This document shows, piece by piece, positions 37,033 through 37,055 of a DNA stretch of 37,055 nt. The DNA lies in the NCBI GenBank assembly GCA_051439505.1, contig JBFRWI010000001.1, forward strand, positions 1 to 37,055. Reading direction: 5' to 3'. Made by a program: the position numbers and the translations under genes. The stretch's first letter is position 1. Each line of letters starts with the position of its first letter. The stretch is from Hormoscilla sp. (GTDB taxonomy: Bacteria; Cyanobacteriota; Cyanobacteriia; Cyanobacteriales; Desertifilaceae). The notes beneath the pieces are model-generated. The model was given only the letters and a program-made list of their open reading frames with translations, was not told the origin of the DNA and did not search any database.

Positions 37033-37055
37033 AGCCGAAAGGCAGCAAAATAGTC

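Noticed and set aside
1..37055. Frequent GCGATCGC as a novel repeat
   Set aside because: This is the well-known cyanobacterial HIP1 octamer.

Overview
Cyanobacterial chromosomal segment: the HIP1 octamer GCGATCGC is abundant, and psbQ, gifA-like genes and pentapeptide-repeat proteins are present. A filamentous Oscillatoriales-type host is an inference. A core backbone (SUI1/yciH, tyrA, prxQ, recG, tsf, rpsB, psbQ, fmt) is interleaved with many pseudogenes, MITEs and REP-like repeats. The two most notable elements are RNA-guided nuclease (OMEGA)-type. (1) An IS607 element (about 1860-3641) splits a dienelactone hydrolase gene. Its TnpB has the rearranged RuvC-II site and N-terminal extension characteristic of Fanzor2/pro-Fanzor. 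Its serine-recombinase tnpA is broken by a frameshift that fuses the TnpA HTH to TnpB in one 571-aa ORF. (2) An unannotated HEARO/IscB-type omegaRNA-like scaffold lies at the right edge (about 36800-37030), preceded by period-10 repeats that resemble the IS607 end. Other observations include a divergent cluster of membrane proteins sharing an unnamed Cys/Trp C-terminal domain next to a prepilin+lipobox hybrid protein, a membrane-anchored truncated sigma-like protein, tandem gifA paralogs with a repressor-positioned NtcA-like site, and nested miniature mobile elements. All calls come from reading the sequence; no database searches were run.
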